NCBI GenBank assembly: GCA_965218785.1
Contig: OZ244650.1
Span: forward strand, 1 to 64,000
DNA length: 64,000 bases
Direction of reading: 5' to 3'
DNA from: Nitrosopumilus sp.
Lineage (GTDB): Archaea; Thermoproteota; Nitrososphaeria; Nitrososphaerales; Nitrosopumilaceae
The position numbers and the translations under genes are program-made. A model generated the notes under the pieces. It saw only the letters and a list, made by a program, of their open reading frames with translations, had not been told where the DNA came from and made no database searches. Positions 41,665 to 52,465 of this stretch are shown here, piece after piece. The stretch's first letter is position 1; every line of letters starts with the position of its first letter.

Positions 41665-42378
41665 TTGAAGGTAAGACTCTATGAGATATTTACGTCAGTC
41701 GAGGGAGAGGGAATCCTATACGGAACAAAGACCCTTTTTGTAAGGTTGGCAGGGTGCCCCTTTACCTGTTTTTACTGTGATACAAAAGAATCACTTCCAC
41801 CAGACTCTGGCACGGAATACTCGATAAGCGAGGCAAACGATCTGATTGACTCTAGTCTCAAAAACCAGACATACAAAGTAAATTTCACCGGCGGTGATCC
41901 GTTAATCCAGCACGAGGCAGTCGCCCTGCTTGCAAAGCACATCCAGGACAAAAACATTCCCACGTATCTGGAATCATCATGTTTTGATGTTGACAGGTTT
42001 AATCACGTCTTGCCGTATATTGATATTGTAAAGATCGAGTTCAAAACAAAGGATTCTGATTTTGTAGACTCGGAACACTATACAAAACTAATTGATCATG
42101 CCATAAAATGTCTTGAATCCTCGGTAAAGACCGGCAAAACAACCTACATCAAGGTTGTCGTCAGCTCAAAGACCAAACCAGCTGAATTTGAAGAACTGAC
42201 AAATCAGATCTTCAATGTCATCTCAAAGGATCACATAGACGGATTTATCATCCAGCCCACATACGGGGTATCTGAGCCATCGCTGGATCTTCTGCTAAGT
42301 CTGTATGACGTGGTCTACCCGCACTATACAGACGTCCGGGTGGTCCCCCAGCTGCACAAGTTCATCGGGGCACCATGA
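41665..42378 (+). CDS. queE: 7-carboxy-7-deazaguanine synthase (radical SAM)
   Basis: EIFTSVEGEG, CPFTCFYCDT, TGGDP and PQLHK. Confidence 0.93.
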   Translation: MKVRLYEIFTSVEGEGILYGTKTLFVRLAGCPFTCFYCDTKESLPPDSGTEYSISEANDLIDSSLKNQTYKVNFTGGDPLIQHEAVALLAKHIQDKNIPTYLESSCFDVDRFNHVLPYIDIVKIEFKTKDSDFVDSEHYTKLIDHAIKCLESSVKTGKTTYIKVVVSSKTKPAEFEELTNQIFNVISKDHIDGFIIQPTYGVSEPSLDLLLSLYDVVYPHYTDVRVVPQLHKFIGAP

Positions 42379-42422
42379 TATTACCGATTAAGTTCAAATA
42401 CTAGCAGAGCTATCTCAAAAAG

Positions 42423-42980
42423 ATGGACGAGGAACGCGTAAAAAAACTTGTACGGGAGCTGATAATCGAGGTAGGCGAGGATCCGACCCGCGAGGGATTA
42501 AGGGAGACCCCCGAAAGGATTGCAAACATGTACAAGGAGATCTTTGCAGGATACGACTCTGATTCGGAGTTGTCCGTCCAGTTCTCAGAGGACTCTGACG
42601 TGGTCATAGCGCGTGATATCCAGTTTTATTCAATGTGCGAGCACCACATGCTGCCGTTTTTTGGAAAGATTCACATTGCCTACTCGCCAAACAGCAGGGT
42701 TTTTGGAATATCAAAACTTGTCAGGCTGGTCGAAAAATACTCAAAGAGGCTGCAGATTCAGGAACGACTCACCAAGAACATCGCCGATGAGTTGTATGCG
42801 CAGGGGGTCAAAGGAGTGGTAGTCCTCGCCGATGCGGAGCATCTTTGTATGAAGATGCGCGGGGTTCGAAACAACGCAACGCTGTCATCCTCGGCATTTA
42901 GGGGAATATACGAAAATCCTGAGGAGAAACAGGGTATAATCGCGCTAGTCAAAAAGCACTCTGCGGATTCGTATTTTTAA
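42423..42980 (+). CDS. folE: GTP cyclohydrolase I
   Basis: GEDPTREGLRETPER, CEHHMLPF, LQIQERLT and HLCMKMRG. Confidence 0.96.
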   Translation: MDEERVKKLVRELIIEVGEDPTREGLRETPERIANMYKEIFAGYDSDSELSVQFSEDSDVVIARDIQFYSMCEHHMLPFFGKIHIAYSPNSRVFGISKLVRLVEKYSKRLQIQERLTKNIADELYAQGVKGVVVLADAEHLCMKMRGVRNNATLSSSAFRGIYENPEEKQGIIALVKKHSADSYF

Positions 42981-43007
42981 TACTGAAAAATTAAATAATC
43001 AGTAATT

Positions 43008-43271
43008 TTGGTAGTGATTATGAGGTCACGCGACTATGTACACATTCCAAAGGAATCGTTTCCCAACTGGATATGGTATGCAATAGAGTGCGCGATCGTA
43101 GGTGCAGTCTCCTTTCTGGTATCCCGGGAGATTACCGACTCTGTTGCCGATCTCACCCCTGAGATACAAAATTATTTGTTTATAGGACTGGTGGGCGTCT
43201 TTTTCCTGGTGTGGTATATTGGAATCCGCGGATATGTCCTAAAAAAGAAGATTCTTCGAAACAGTTACTGA
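43008..43271 (+). CDS. Small two-TM membrane protein
   Basis: Two hydrophobic helices and a basic tail. Confidence 0.65.
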   Translation: MVVIMRSRDYVHIPKESFPNWIWYAIECAIVGAVSFLVSREITDSVADLTPEIQNYLFIGLVGVFFLVWYIGIRGYVLKKKILRNSY

Positions 43272-43942
43272 TCAGCCAAATATCTGGTTTTATCTGTGAT
43301 TCCCGCTGCTTCAAACGCCGCCTTTCTATTGTTGCATGATTCACAGACACCACAATGGTGTCTCTTGCTGGAGTAGCAGCTCCAGGTATTAAAGATCGAA
43401 TCGCCCAGAATTTTTATTCCGCTCTTTAAAAGATCGCTTTTAGAGTGACCCTCCCGGTACGGCGACCAGATTTTGATGCTGTTTCGCAATCCTGAGCTAA
43501 TCCCGTCTAGCTCTCCTTGGTTGAATGCCGACTCTAACTTTTTTGCAAAGGCTGGTCTGCAGTCCGGGTAGTTCCGGTCCCCCGTGTGCGCCCCGTATAC
43601 AACCAGTGATGCGCCCAGTGTAAAAGCCCATGCCGAGGCAATCGAGAGAAATACGGCGTTTCTGATTGGGACTACGATCGAGTACTCGAAACTCTTTGGG
43701 ATCTTTTTCTTTGTGCTGGTTAGTACGTTTGAATCCCCGTACAACCCTTTCATAAAGCCGATATCGACAATTTTATGCTGTTTTAATCCCAGCTTTTTTG
43801 CAAAGGATTTTGCAGCAGTGATCTCGTTGTTTGCCTTTTGTCCGTATGAGAATGTAATGCCGTACAGCTCGTACTTTTTTAGATACGAGACGGCACACAC
43901 AGAGTCAATTCCGCCGCTAAATACGATTACCGCCTTTTTCAT
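43265..43942 (-). CDS. queC: 7-cyano-7-deazaguanine synthase
   Basis: SGGIDS, VPIRN, YPDCR and TWSCY...CGVCESC. Confidence 0.95.
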   Translation of the reverse strand: MKKAVIVFSGGIDSVCAVSYLKKYELYGITFSYGQKANNEITAAKSFAKKLGLKQHKIVDIGFMKGLYGDSNVLTSTKKKIPKSFEYSIVVPIRNAVFLSIASAWAFTLGASLVVYGAHTGDRNYPDCRPAFAKKLESAFNQGELDGISSGLRNSIKIWSPYREGHSKSDLLKSGIKILGDSIFNTWSCYSSKRHHCGVCESCNNRKAAFEAAGITDKTRYLADQ

Positions 43943-43946
43943 CAGA

Positions 43947-44885
43947 TCACCCTGGGATGTCCTCTTTTTTGATGTAGCACCCGCTGCTGGGTTTGCAGAT
44001 TACTGTCTGGCATTTTATTTTTGCAGATGCAAATCCGTCTGACATTGCCTGGCCGATGCGTTTCATGTCCGCATCATCTGACGAGAATGCAATTATCGAG
44101 GGACCTGCCCCGCTTATTGTCACACCTAGCGCTCCGGCATCCAGCGCGTTTTGTTTTACTTTGTCAAATCCTGGAATGTGTGGTTTTCTTGCAGGCTCTA
44201 CGATTACATCTTTAATTGAGCTGCCAATCAGTTCCGGGTCATCTCCCATGAATCCTGCCACAATTGCCGATGCGTTTGATATGTTCTGGATGCAGTCAGC
44301 CAGTGATACCTCCTTTGGGATTACACCTCTTGCCACCTCTGTCTTTTTTTCTGGGATTTCAATATCTGGAACGGCAACACACATTCTGAGACTGGCAGGA
44401 GGCTCCACCCTGGTCACCTTCAAAGGATTGGTTCTTACAATGACAAATCCGCCCAGGACAGACGCTGCAACGTTATCGTAATGGACGGACCCGGCACTGG
44501 CCTTCTCCCCAAACCCTGCAAGTTTGACTAGTCTGTCTCCATCCAGTTCCAGCTCAAACAGTTTATCAAATGCCACAGCAGCAGCCGCTGCTGATGCGGC
44601 ACTACTACCCATTCCAAATCCTGCGGGAATCCCTTTTTTGATTCTGATTTTGATGCCGTCTTTTATCTTGAATTGCTCCCTCATATTTTCTACAACCAGT
44701 CCTGCGGTGTTGTCTCTGGGATTTGTGGGTATGTTATCATCTGTCACTATCGTGATGGTGTCATCCTTTATTTTAGTCAACGTCACCTCGTCATAATACG
44801 CATCTAATGCCAGCCCGAACACGTCAAATCCGGGACCCAGATTCGCAGTAGACGAGGGCGCCCTTGCCGTAATTTTTAATGCCAT
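43947..44885 (-). CDS. thrB: Homoserine kinase
   Basis: SSTANLGPGFD, GMGSSAAS, HYDNVA and ISGAGPS. Confidence 0.95.
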   Translation of the reverse strand: MALKITARAPSSTANLGPGFDVFGLALDAYYDEVTLTKIKDDTITIVTDDNIPTNPRDNTAGLVVENMREQFKIKDGIKIRIKKGIPAGFGMGSSAASAAAAAVAFDKLFELELDGDRLVKLAGFGEKASAGSVHYDNVAASVLGGFVIVRTNPLKVTRVEPPASLRMCVAVPDIEIPEKKTEVARGVIPKEVSLADCIQNISNASAIVAGFMGDDPELIGSSIKDVIVEPARKPHIPGFDKVKQNALDAGALGVTISGAGPSIIAFSSDDADMKRIGQAMSDGFASAKIKCQTVICKPSSGCYIKKEDIPG

Positions 44886-45643
44886 CAACCTTCTATCTCC
44901 TCACCCAAGTTAAGAATTCTGCTAAGGGCTCCCTGCAGGTTCACAAAACCCTCCCCCGTGACGTTTGAGACTGGGATGACTCCCTGTGCAAATCCTCCAA
45001 GATTCAGGCCGCGCAGAATGTTCGTAGTTAATGCGTAGGTATCACCGTCTGCCTCCTTGCCAATTGCGTCTTCTAGCATATTCAGATTTGTAGACCACTG
45101 CAGGATATCCTTTAGCTTTGCACCGACGATATCGGTTTTTGTCAGGACGTTTACTGTCGGCAGATTCAGACGCAGTCTTATCGATGTTGCAAGAAGTGCG
45201 ATGGAGACAAAGTTTACAGGCGAGGTGATTAACGCCCCGTCAAAAAGAAAGATGTTTGTCTTTTCATCAGTCGATATGTTCTCTGCAAGAAAACGGCCGC
45301 TGGTGCGGTATGCGAACAGCTCAATCTGACCGGGCGTATCTACTATCAGATAATCCGGGTTTATGGTGTTTACCTCGTTTTGAATGTCATCTATCTTTGA
45401 TGCGATAAGGTCAGCTGCCATTATCATGGCGCCGTTTGGACCAAGATCATACTGCTGCATTACAGATACAATATCGACAAAATCCCTGACATCCACGTCA
45501 CAGGTGTATGGCAGGCGTTCTACTCCTGGATCCAGGTTTAACACGGCAGTAAAGGCGCCGTTTTTTGTATAATATTCGTATAACTTTGATGTGAGCAGTG
45601 ATTTTCCAGAACCGGCAGTACCGGAGATAAAAATTGTCTTCAA
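44885..45643 (-). CDS. GPN-loop GTPase
   Basis: GTAGSGKS, NLDPG, LGPNG and DTPGQIELF. Confidence 0.92.
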   Translation of the reverse strand: MKTIFISGTAGSGKSLLTSKLYEYYTKNGAFTAVLNLDPGVERLPYTCDVDVRDFVDIVSVMQQYDLGPNGAMIMAADLIASKIDDIQNEVNTINPDYLIVDTPGQIELFAYRTSGRFLAENISTDEKTNIFLFDGALITSPVNFVSIALLATSIRLRLNLPTVNVLTKTDIVGAKLKDILQWSTNLNMLEDAIGKEADGDTYALTTNILRGLNLGGFAQGVIPVSNVTGEGFVNLQGALSRILNLGEEIEG

Positions 45644-45890
45644 TCCTGTGTGATTGTCTGTCTGCTTATATTTCAAACTAGCTTGGGTGGTGATTTTTAG
45701 ATGTGGATGGCTACGATGAGTACATTGAGATAATCACAGATCTGCCAAAACTGCCGCAGGAAAAATTTCAGGGATTGCAGCCAGAACACTGATATCAGTC
45801 AATATCCCGAATTCATGCCTGATTTCAGGCGTGATATCTGATTATGAGATTTGTCAACTTTATTATTTGATCCATGAAAAAATCCATCAG

Positions 45891-46907
45891 ATGAACTGGA
45901 GACTAGCTGTAATACCTGTCACGTTGCTTCCCATACTCGTTATTGCCATTCAATTTGATATTCAGTTTGAAGACGTTCTGGCAATTGGCATCCTTCCGTT
46001 TGCAGGTGCAGTTGTCGCGATGCTAATTAAGCTGGGATTGCAGGGGGTAAAGTTTGCATACATTGCCAGAAGGTATCTTGGCAGCTTTGACTCTTTCTGG
46101 AAATTGGTGGGTGTCCGAGTTGGAAGCGAGTTTATCAAATTTACGACTCCCATGTTTGTTGGTGCCGAGTTTGTTGTGATATACTATCTGCACAAAAAGG
46201 GTGTAAAGCCCTCAAATTCAACCTGGATTGCAATCATGGATATTGTAACTGAGGTGCTTGCAGCAGGGTTGTTATCTATGATGGCAGGAGTTATCGCCCT
46301 GCTCAACGGGGCATACGTGGTCGGGGTGGTCATTCTGGCTACTAGCGTCAGCATAACGTCACTGTGGATGGTAATGTTCTTTCTCTCATCCAAGCGCACG
46401 TTTCATGTTCCAAAGGTGCTGGAAGGTATTGCCAAGAGGTTTGGCAAGGAAAAGGGCGTCAAGTACATCGAAAAGACAAACTCCTGGATAGAGGAGGTCT
46501 GCATGATGAGCAGGAAGAATCTGCGGACTGCCGAATCCAAAAAAGTCTTTACGGTATCATTTCTGTTCTCGCTGGCGTCCTGGTCATTTTATGGAATATC
46601 ATTTATGATAATTGCAATGGGGACGGGATACGTGATAAACGCATTTGACTCGATAATGGCGGTGATGGGTGCAAACGCGATAGGGAACCTGCCGATTACC
46701 GTGGGCGGTTCTGGTCTTGCCGAGTTTGGGATTGTGGCATTTCTGAACAATCTGAATCCGTTTGACTTTGATGTTCCTGCAGATACTGTTGCGTGGGATG
46801 CAGTTATTGGATGGAGAATTGCCACATACTATGTTCCAATACTGATTACGTGGCTGCTTTTGGTAAAGCTGGCGCTGAGTCGGATATCAAAGGTGGAATC
46901 CACGTAA
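45891..46907 (+). CDS. Flippase-like (UPF0104 / LPG synthase TM family) membrane protein
   Basis: Multi-TM; TPMFVGAE, LPITVGGSGLAE and WRIATYY. Confidence 0.85.
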   Translation: MNWRLAVIPVTLLPILVIAIQFDIQFEDVLAIGILPFAGAVVAMLIKLGLQGVKFAYIARRYLGSFDSFWKLVGVRVGSEFIKFTTPMFVGAEFVVIYYLHKKGVKPSNSTWIAIMDIVTEVLAAGLLSMMAGVIALLNGAYVVGVVILATSVSITSLWMVMFFLSSKRTFHVPKVLEGIAKRFGKEKGVKYIEKTNSWIEEVCMMSRKNLRTAESKKVFTVSFLFSLASWSFYGISFMIIAMGTGYVINAFDSIMAVMGANAIGNLPITVGGSGLAEFGIVAFLNNLNPFDFDVPADTVAWDAVIGWRIATYYVPILITWLLLVKLALSRISKVEST

Positions 46908-47016
46908 CCGGGTTTGCTGCAGGATATTCCCGTTAGTGGGAGATCGTATTGAGGCCGGTTTCTGTTTGGAATTATACTACTGCATAGATTTAAAATCCAT
47001 ATGGTGTAATGATGTC

Positions 47017-47211
47017 ATGAAACGAATATTTGATACAGACAAGACACATGATGGAGAAATCATTACTCCAGAAATATTTGTTCAGCCAAGTAATGTATCC
47101 AAAGACGTCAAGCCACTAGTCTCACTGGAGATAGAAGAAAATGAATCCATAAAAGACGCTGAAGAGGATATGGAACAATTTGCCAAGCTAATGTGGAACG
47201 AATGGTACTAA
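47017..47211 (+). CDS. Small acidic hypothetical protein
   Basis: ORF with TTTAAA box upstream. Confidence 0.45.
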   Translation: MKRIFDTDKTHDGEIITPEIFVQPSNVSKDVKPLVSLEIEENESIKDAEEDMEQFAKLMWNEWY

Positions 47212-47222
47212 TAATCACACCA

Positions 47223-48545
47223 CTAGGATTGAAAATCATACGTGACTTTAATTTGTTCAAATCCTACATCATAACGATCAGTCAACCTCAGATACTGTTC
47301 ATGGTTTTTTCTAAACCTTTCACCATCAATTTCTAATGTAAATTTATTTTCTGAATCAATTGGAATACGTTTTGAATAATATGCAATCCAGTTACCAACA
47401 TAATCGCTGAATTGCCCCGAAATGAAAATCCGATCGGGAGAAGTGTAATACTGCTTGTCACTGTTCAGGGTTGCAAAAACGCGTTCATCCCTATAATTTT
47501 GCATTGGAATACCATCCGTAGTATTATTTGATACAGTAAAACGTATCCTGTCATTGTCGGCACCTGCGTATACTAAAATTTCACTCCATCCCTCACTTGC
47601 TGCACGAACTGTGGCATTCCAATTCAATAAATCCGGTTCACAGGGAACTGACAACCTTGAATCAGGGAAATCAACAAATCTAAGATTGTCACTTATTGCA
47701 ACAACATTACCTGGTTTACACGGAAAAACCTGTTTGAGATAAGTGTTTGATACTGTGATGGTTGCCGTTTCACCTAAATTTGGAAGGTGTGAGATTGAAA
47801 GATTGTTGTTGCCTTCTTTGACCATCCAGGATAAATTTAGTAAATATGGAAGACAGTAATCACCAGTACTGGATCTCACTGCATTACTTTCACAATGCCA
47901 TCTATCGGAGCGTGCATAAGCGTCTATGTCAAGGGGAGGATTCTCACTTATGCCCTCCCATGATCTAAACGACAAAGTAGGAACAATGAACCCATAACCC
48001 ATTTTGATTAATTCATCTCGGGTATCATGTGAAACACAAACTTTCTTCTTGTCTGAATTTTTTATCAAATAGTGCTTGTCAACATCACATGAATTTTTTA
48101 GCAAATCCTCAAAAAATGCGGCATATTCTACGGCATGTTTTGCAAACGAAACGGGTCCTATTGGTGAACAATAAAAGTCGTCAGTCTGACGCCAATTATT
48201 CCCGTAGTTATTATAGATCATAGCATATCGATCTCCTATTTTCAAAGCGTCTGAATGATACGTGTCTACAATATCTGATTTTAATGGAAAATCTTTATTT
48301 CCATAAGTTACCTCATTAATTGTAACATTAGATCTTATTTGGCTTGAGACCGTCCCATCCCATCCTTTTTTTGGAGGATCATAAAATATCCTTTCAGATG
48401 AGGCGACGGTAACAATTACAGCTGCGACATTTTTTTCAGCACTGTAAAATATACGTTCTGGTGCATGACACACAGTAGCAAATGAATCATCTACTCCAAT
48501 AATTCCAAACAAAACCAATGGAATTATCGTCCAAACCAGCCTCAC
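47223..48545 (-). CDS. Secreted multidomain hypothetical protein
   Basis: Signal peptide; internal CDVDKHYLIKNSDKKKVCVS...LIKMGYG Cys module. Confidence 0.75.
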   Translation of the reverse strand: MRLVWTIIPLVLFGIIGVDDSFATVCHAPERIFYSAEKNVAAVIVTVASSERIFYDPPKKGWDGTVSSQIRSNVTINEVTYGNKDFPLKSDIVDTYHSDALKIGDRYAMIYNNYGNNWRQTDDFYCSPIGPVSFAKHAVEYAAFFEDLLKNSCDVDKHYLIKNSDKKKVCVSHDTRDELIKMGYGFIVPTLSFRSWEGISENPPLDIDAYARSDRWHCESNAVRSSTGDYCLPYLLNLSWMVKEGNNNLSISHLPNLGETATITVSNTYLKQVFPCKPGNVVAISDNLRFVDFPDSRLSVPCEPDLLNWNATVRAASEGWSEILVYAGADNDRIRFTVSNNTTDGIPMQNYRDERVFATLNSDKQYYTSPDRIFISGQFSDYVGNWIAYYSKRIPIDSENKFTLEIDGERFRKNHEQYLRLTDRYDVGFEQIKVTYDFQS

Positions 48546-49179
48546 AGCCTAATTTTGTATCTAAAGTTGTTAAATCTTTTACTTTTTGAATTAAGATCAA
48601 CCTGCAAAAGATGAGTTATGCAACAAGCTGGATTTACCTCCTTGGGGATAGAAATGGATACAGATAGACAGAAGATAAAACCGTTCATCTAAGATTACAA
48701 AACACTGGATACTACCTAATACAATTCATCATCTTGAAAGATCCAAGTTAATCCTGCCATATCCAATGCAGAGACACCTGCCGAACCTGGATTTTCCCCC
48801 TTTTGTTCCTTCAGGGAAAATGACTGGTCATGATCTTTGTCATTTTTGCATTGGGTTACTGTCGACATGATATGTAATTACAAAATTTACTTAAAACGTT
48901 AATGGACAAATCATCCATACGAATCATCAGTAGCTCCTAAATACTATTTGAGAAAATAAGATAGTTGCCACTGTAAAAACCCTCATCTGCGGTTCTTCTC
49001 CCATATTTAGTAGTCTTACCGCTTTATCTGCAATATCTCGAGTCTTTTACCCTCTCTTCTTGTTCTGCACAGAGCATTATTCCCTGCAGTACTCTGAAAT
49101 CAGTGTATCTAATTTTCATATAATAGAGAATTTATGCCGAATCAAAAAATTCATACAATAGATTCAATAATTTATTTCC

Positions 49180-49737
49180 ATGAATAACTGGCTGCTGGTA
49201 CTTGGGGTTGTCCTAATATTCTCAAGTATATTTGTAATATATTTTGAGCATCTATACAATCACATAATTTGGAATATCCCGTTTAGTAAGATAGACAAAT
49301 CAGCAATATTTCATCTTGACAATCACATTGTAAATTACACGGGTCGTGGTGGTATAACTGCAACCGTATCCCACATTGAGCGCATTGATGCCGATACCCT
49401 TAGACTCAATTTTACTGATGCTGATTTTTTCATTGGTGGAAATGGCGAAATAACATATCAAATACCAAACAAGTTTGAATTTACTGCAACGGTAGACGAG
49501 CATGATACCTTTATTGGATGGTGTAGTGATTCCCGCAATGATGGCATTTTTTATGCACAAATATTTCGCATATATGAGATGTATGATGACTATGTCTTAG
49601 CCAACCATTATTCTGCCCCAATGCCCCCCGATCTTCCATGTAAATATCCTGACATCATACAACGCAGCATTGATTTTGATTTTATAGTTCCGGCACTTAC
49701 GAGTAATTATGGCGTAAAAATAATACGATCATCCTAA
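49180..49737 (+). CDS. Membrane-anchored hypothetical protein
   Basis: N-terminal TM; C-terminal CKYPDIIQRS. Confidence 0.65.
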   Translation: MNNWLLVLGVVLIFSSIFVIYFEHLYNHIIWNIPFSKIDKSAIFHLDNHIVNYTGRGGITATVSHIERIDADTLRLNFTDADFFIGGNGEITYQIPNKFEFTATVDEHDTFIGWCSDSRNDGIFYAQIFRIYEMYDDYVLANHYSAPMPPDLPCKYPDIIQRSIDFDFIVPALTSNYGVKIIRSS

Positions 49738-49933
49738 ACAGATGCTACAAAAAGAAATGACCCTCAAGAAAATCATAGGCAAGCAGACTACGTATTTGAA
49801 GATAAAATTGATCTCAAAAACTTTTAGCGTCATCATCTTCAGACTTGGCTTGATTAAAAAGAGATCGAATCTTAAAATTTTAAATGAATTTGACTAACAA
49901 ATATCAATTAGATCATTTTTTTAATGAGACAAA

Positions 49934-50188
49934 TTATTTGAACCATTTTCTTGCGTCATTTCTGTCATGTAACATTAAACCAACGCCAGATCCAATTAGA
50001 GTAGGAGATTTGGTTATAATACCAGCTGCAGTCATAAGCACACCAGCCTCACCATGATGTGTTTTAATATAATTTTCCCATTTTCTCTTCTGCTGTGGAG
50101 TGGTGAATTTTTTGTAGCCTTCTGCTACCAGCAAACTTCCTACAAAACCAACCAGAATTAGTTGAATCATACAATCTATATCAGGCAT
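49934..50188 (-). CDS. Small membrane protein with HH...HD motif
   Basis: THHGEAG...GVGLMLHD. Confidence 0.6.
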   Translation of the reverse strand: MPDIDCMIQLILVGFVGSLLVAEGYKKFTTPQQKRKWENYIKTHHGEAGVLMTAAGIITKSPTLIGSGVGLMLHDRNDARKWFK

Positions 50189-50261
50189 GAAGATTTAAAG
50201 GTTGCGTGTTGATTTGTATACATACGGAGTATATATTTAACATGTTTAATCATATAATATC

Positions 50262-50447
50262 ATGAAAGATTCTGATCCAAAATACGTCAGTATGAGAGTC
50301 CCAAAAGCAGAATATGATAAATTAAGAAAGGTAAGAGAAGAAATGCAACGTAATCCCGATTACTCTTGGGTAAGTAGTTTGGCTCTGGGAGCATTTGTTG
50401 GATTGGTTGCAGGATTAGCAATCAAAAAATTATCGGAATCAGATTAG
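50262..50447 (+). CDS. Ribbon-helix-helix-like protein with C-terminal hydrophobic helix
   Basis: YVSMRVPKAEYDKLRKV followed by LALGAFVGLVAGLAI. Confidence 0.6.
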   Translation: MKDSDPKYVSMRVPKAEYDKLRKVREEMQRNPDYSWVSSLALGAFVGLVAGLAIKKLSESD

Positions 50448-50762
50448 GATTCATTTTATTAATAGATTTTATGCGCATCTAATCCAACTCTAAAGAAATT
50501 AACACACGAGCAATTTTTCAGATTATAATCCCAGTAGCGTGATCGTCGTTAATTCATACATTCGTGATATGTTATAATCTTGGATCGATTACACAGAAAT
50601 TCTATCATTTTTGGATTATGAGTAAACTAAAATCATTTTGTTCATGGTCATTTGAGATATTCTCTGACTCTTTTTACTCAAAACCAACTTAGTTTTGACT
50701 AAAGTAAAAATAGGATTCTAAAGTCTAGATCTGATTTCAGTCATTATCCTGTATCTCATAAA

Positions 50763-52430
50763 TCATGACCGCTTTTTGATTATTGTTGCGTTATCCGGAT
50801 CCAAATCATTCCAAACCACATCATAACCCAATTCAGATAACAGATCAGCATGACACGAATCCGGAATCCCGTGGGTTGTCATCACCGTACATGCCTGAAC
50901 AAATTTTGGGACACCTTCAATCAAACTGCCTACAACACCAGTCTTTTCTTTTGAAATCAAATATGATCCAATTCTAACATAACCACCGGGATAATCTGCC
51001 ATGAGAATCTTCAGTGCGGCAGCTTCTGGAATGGCGTGTTCCCGGGCAATCTGGGTTACTGAAATCAAATCCAAATTATTTTCATCAAGTTTAATCTTGG
51101 TGTTACCCGCCTTTTCTTCTGTGATCTCCTCATCAATCTTCTTTAGATGCTCCAAAACAGGCTTTATTGAAACATCCTTTTTGAAAGTAAAAATTCTATC
51201 CCTGGAAATCGTCTCAATTTGGGAGCATGATAATTCAGAATTTACTGCCACTAGCAGATCAACGTTTTTGTTGTCTTTGTCATTGCTGTCAAATAACACC
51301 TCTAGTTTGGCGGCTTTTCTCTCAAGGTACTCTTTTGTCCAAAAGCCCACAATCTCAAAATATACCTTGTGTCCAAACCGCTCAAATAGAAAATCAGGAA
51401 TCATGGCCTTGCCGTCTGCAACCAGCGGGTCTGGTTCCCGTGATATCTTCCATCCATACCTGTCACTCTGATCAAAATGTTGGTTGAATCTCTTTGCAAA
51501 TGCGGCTTCTGCAGAACTGTCATAAATATAATCATCATCATTTTGATATGGGGAATCTATTGTCAAACGAAGAAATTCCCTTGTGTTTTTATCTGATAAT
51601 TCAAACGAATAGATCTTTTGCCCGTCACCTGTTTTCTTTAGTATGGAGCCGCTGATCCTCCAGATGGGCGTGCCCACAATTGATGGTAACAACTTTGCCA
51701 TTGACGTGCCATATCTGTCAGTCATTCTAAAAAGGCTAAGCGGTCCTTCTAGGACACATTTGATGGAATCTTCCTCTTTGTTAGAGTCGCCTGCCGCATG
51801 GTATTCCAAGTTATACATCAGCCCATACCTTTTGACGTTACGCAGAACCTGCTTCCAGTGCAATCCACCCTTTACATAAAATTCCAGTTTGGTGCATCTG
51901 AACAAAAGTGTCTGAAACAACGACAGATTATACCATAAAATCAGATCCTTGGTGCTAATGTGATCAAATCTGGCTAGTATCAAATTCTCGTCTTTATCGC
52001 TCCACATTATTGTTTCAACACTATCAGATGACACATGCATCTCATCTGCAACCTGCTTTATGATATCCCGTCTTTGTGGGTCAGACAGGGCCAGACCACG
52101 TCTTGATGACTCCTCAAATAATCTCTGTCTGATGAGGACGGGGGATACAACTGATAATGATGTCGTTGTATCTGGTCGTCCAAAGACTGAACGCCGCTCC
52201 AACAACGCACAAAATCCCCTTACCAGCTTGTAATCGTATTCTGATTCAAGTTCCGTTACCTTTTTTAGCAGATTGCCCTTGCACCGCTTTTCTTTTTGGG
52301 CATCTGCAAAAAATATGACAAGCCTGCCTGCAAGTTCGTAATTAGTGCCACTACCGGAATCCGTACTGCAAAATACCGGTGTTATCCTACCCTGATTAAT
52401 CCTGGTACGTAAAAGCTCAGATGGGAGCAT
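50763..52430 (-). CDS. Bax1/DUF790-family endonuclease
   Basis: MLPSELLR, YNLSLFQTLLF, LEGPLSLF..T.RYG and PDF...YFEIVGFWT (PD-D/ExK-like). Confidence 0.9.
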   Translation of the reverse strand: MLPSELLRTRINQGRITPVFCSTDSGSGTNYELAGRLVIFFADAQKEKRCKGNLLKKVTELESEYDYKLVRGFCALLERRSVFGRPDTTTSLSVVSPVLIRQRLFEESSRRGLALSDPQRRDIIKQVADEMHVSSDSVETIMWSDKDENLILARFDHISTKDLILWYNLSLFQTLLFRCTKLEFYVKGGLHWKQVLRNVKRYGLMYNLEYHAAGDSNKEEDSIKCVLEGPLSLFRMTDRYGTSMAKLLPSIVGTPIWRISGSILKKTGDGQKIYSFELSDKNTREFLRLTIDSPYQNDDDYIYDSSAEAAFAKRFNQHFDQSDRYGWKISREPDPLVADGKAMIPDFLFERFGHKVYFEIVGFWTKEYLERKAAKLEVLFDSNDKDNKNVDLLVAVNSELSCSQIETISRDRIFTFKKDVSIKPVLEHLKKIDEEITEEKAGNTKIKLDENNLDLISVTQIAREHAIPEAAALKILMADYPGGYVRIGSYLISKEKTGVVGSLIEGVPKFVQACTVMTTHGIPDSCHADLLSELGYDVVWNDLDPDNATIIKKRS

Positions 52431-52465
52431 CAGACACCTCCGTTTTCATTGACTCGTTATTCATA

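Noticed and set aside
41665-43942. 7-deazaguanine DNA modification (dpd) system
   Set aside because: No dpdA/TGT-like gene is nearby; queE-folE-queC among housekeeping genes fits ordinary preQ0/archaeosine synthesis.
48716-48868. ~50-aa minus-strand ORF MSTVTQCKNDKDH...
   Set aside because: No motif or independent support; may be a relic.
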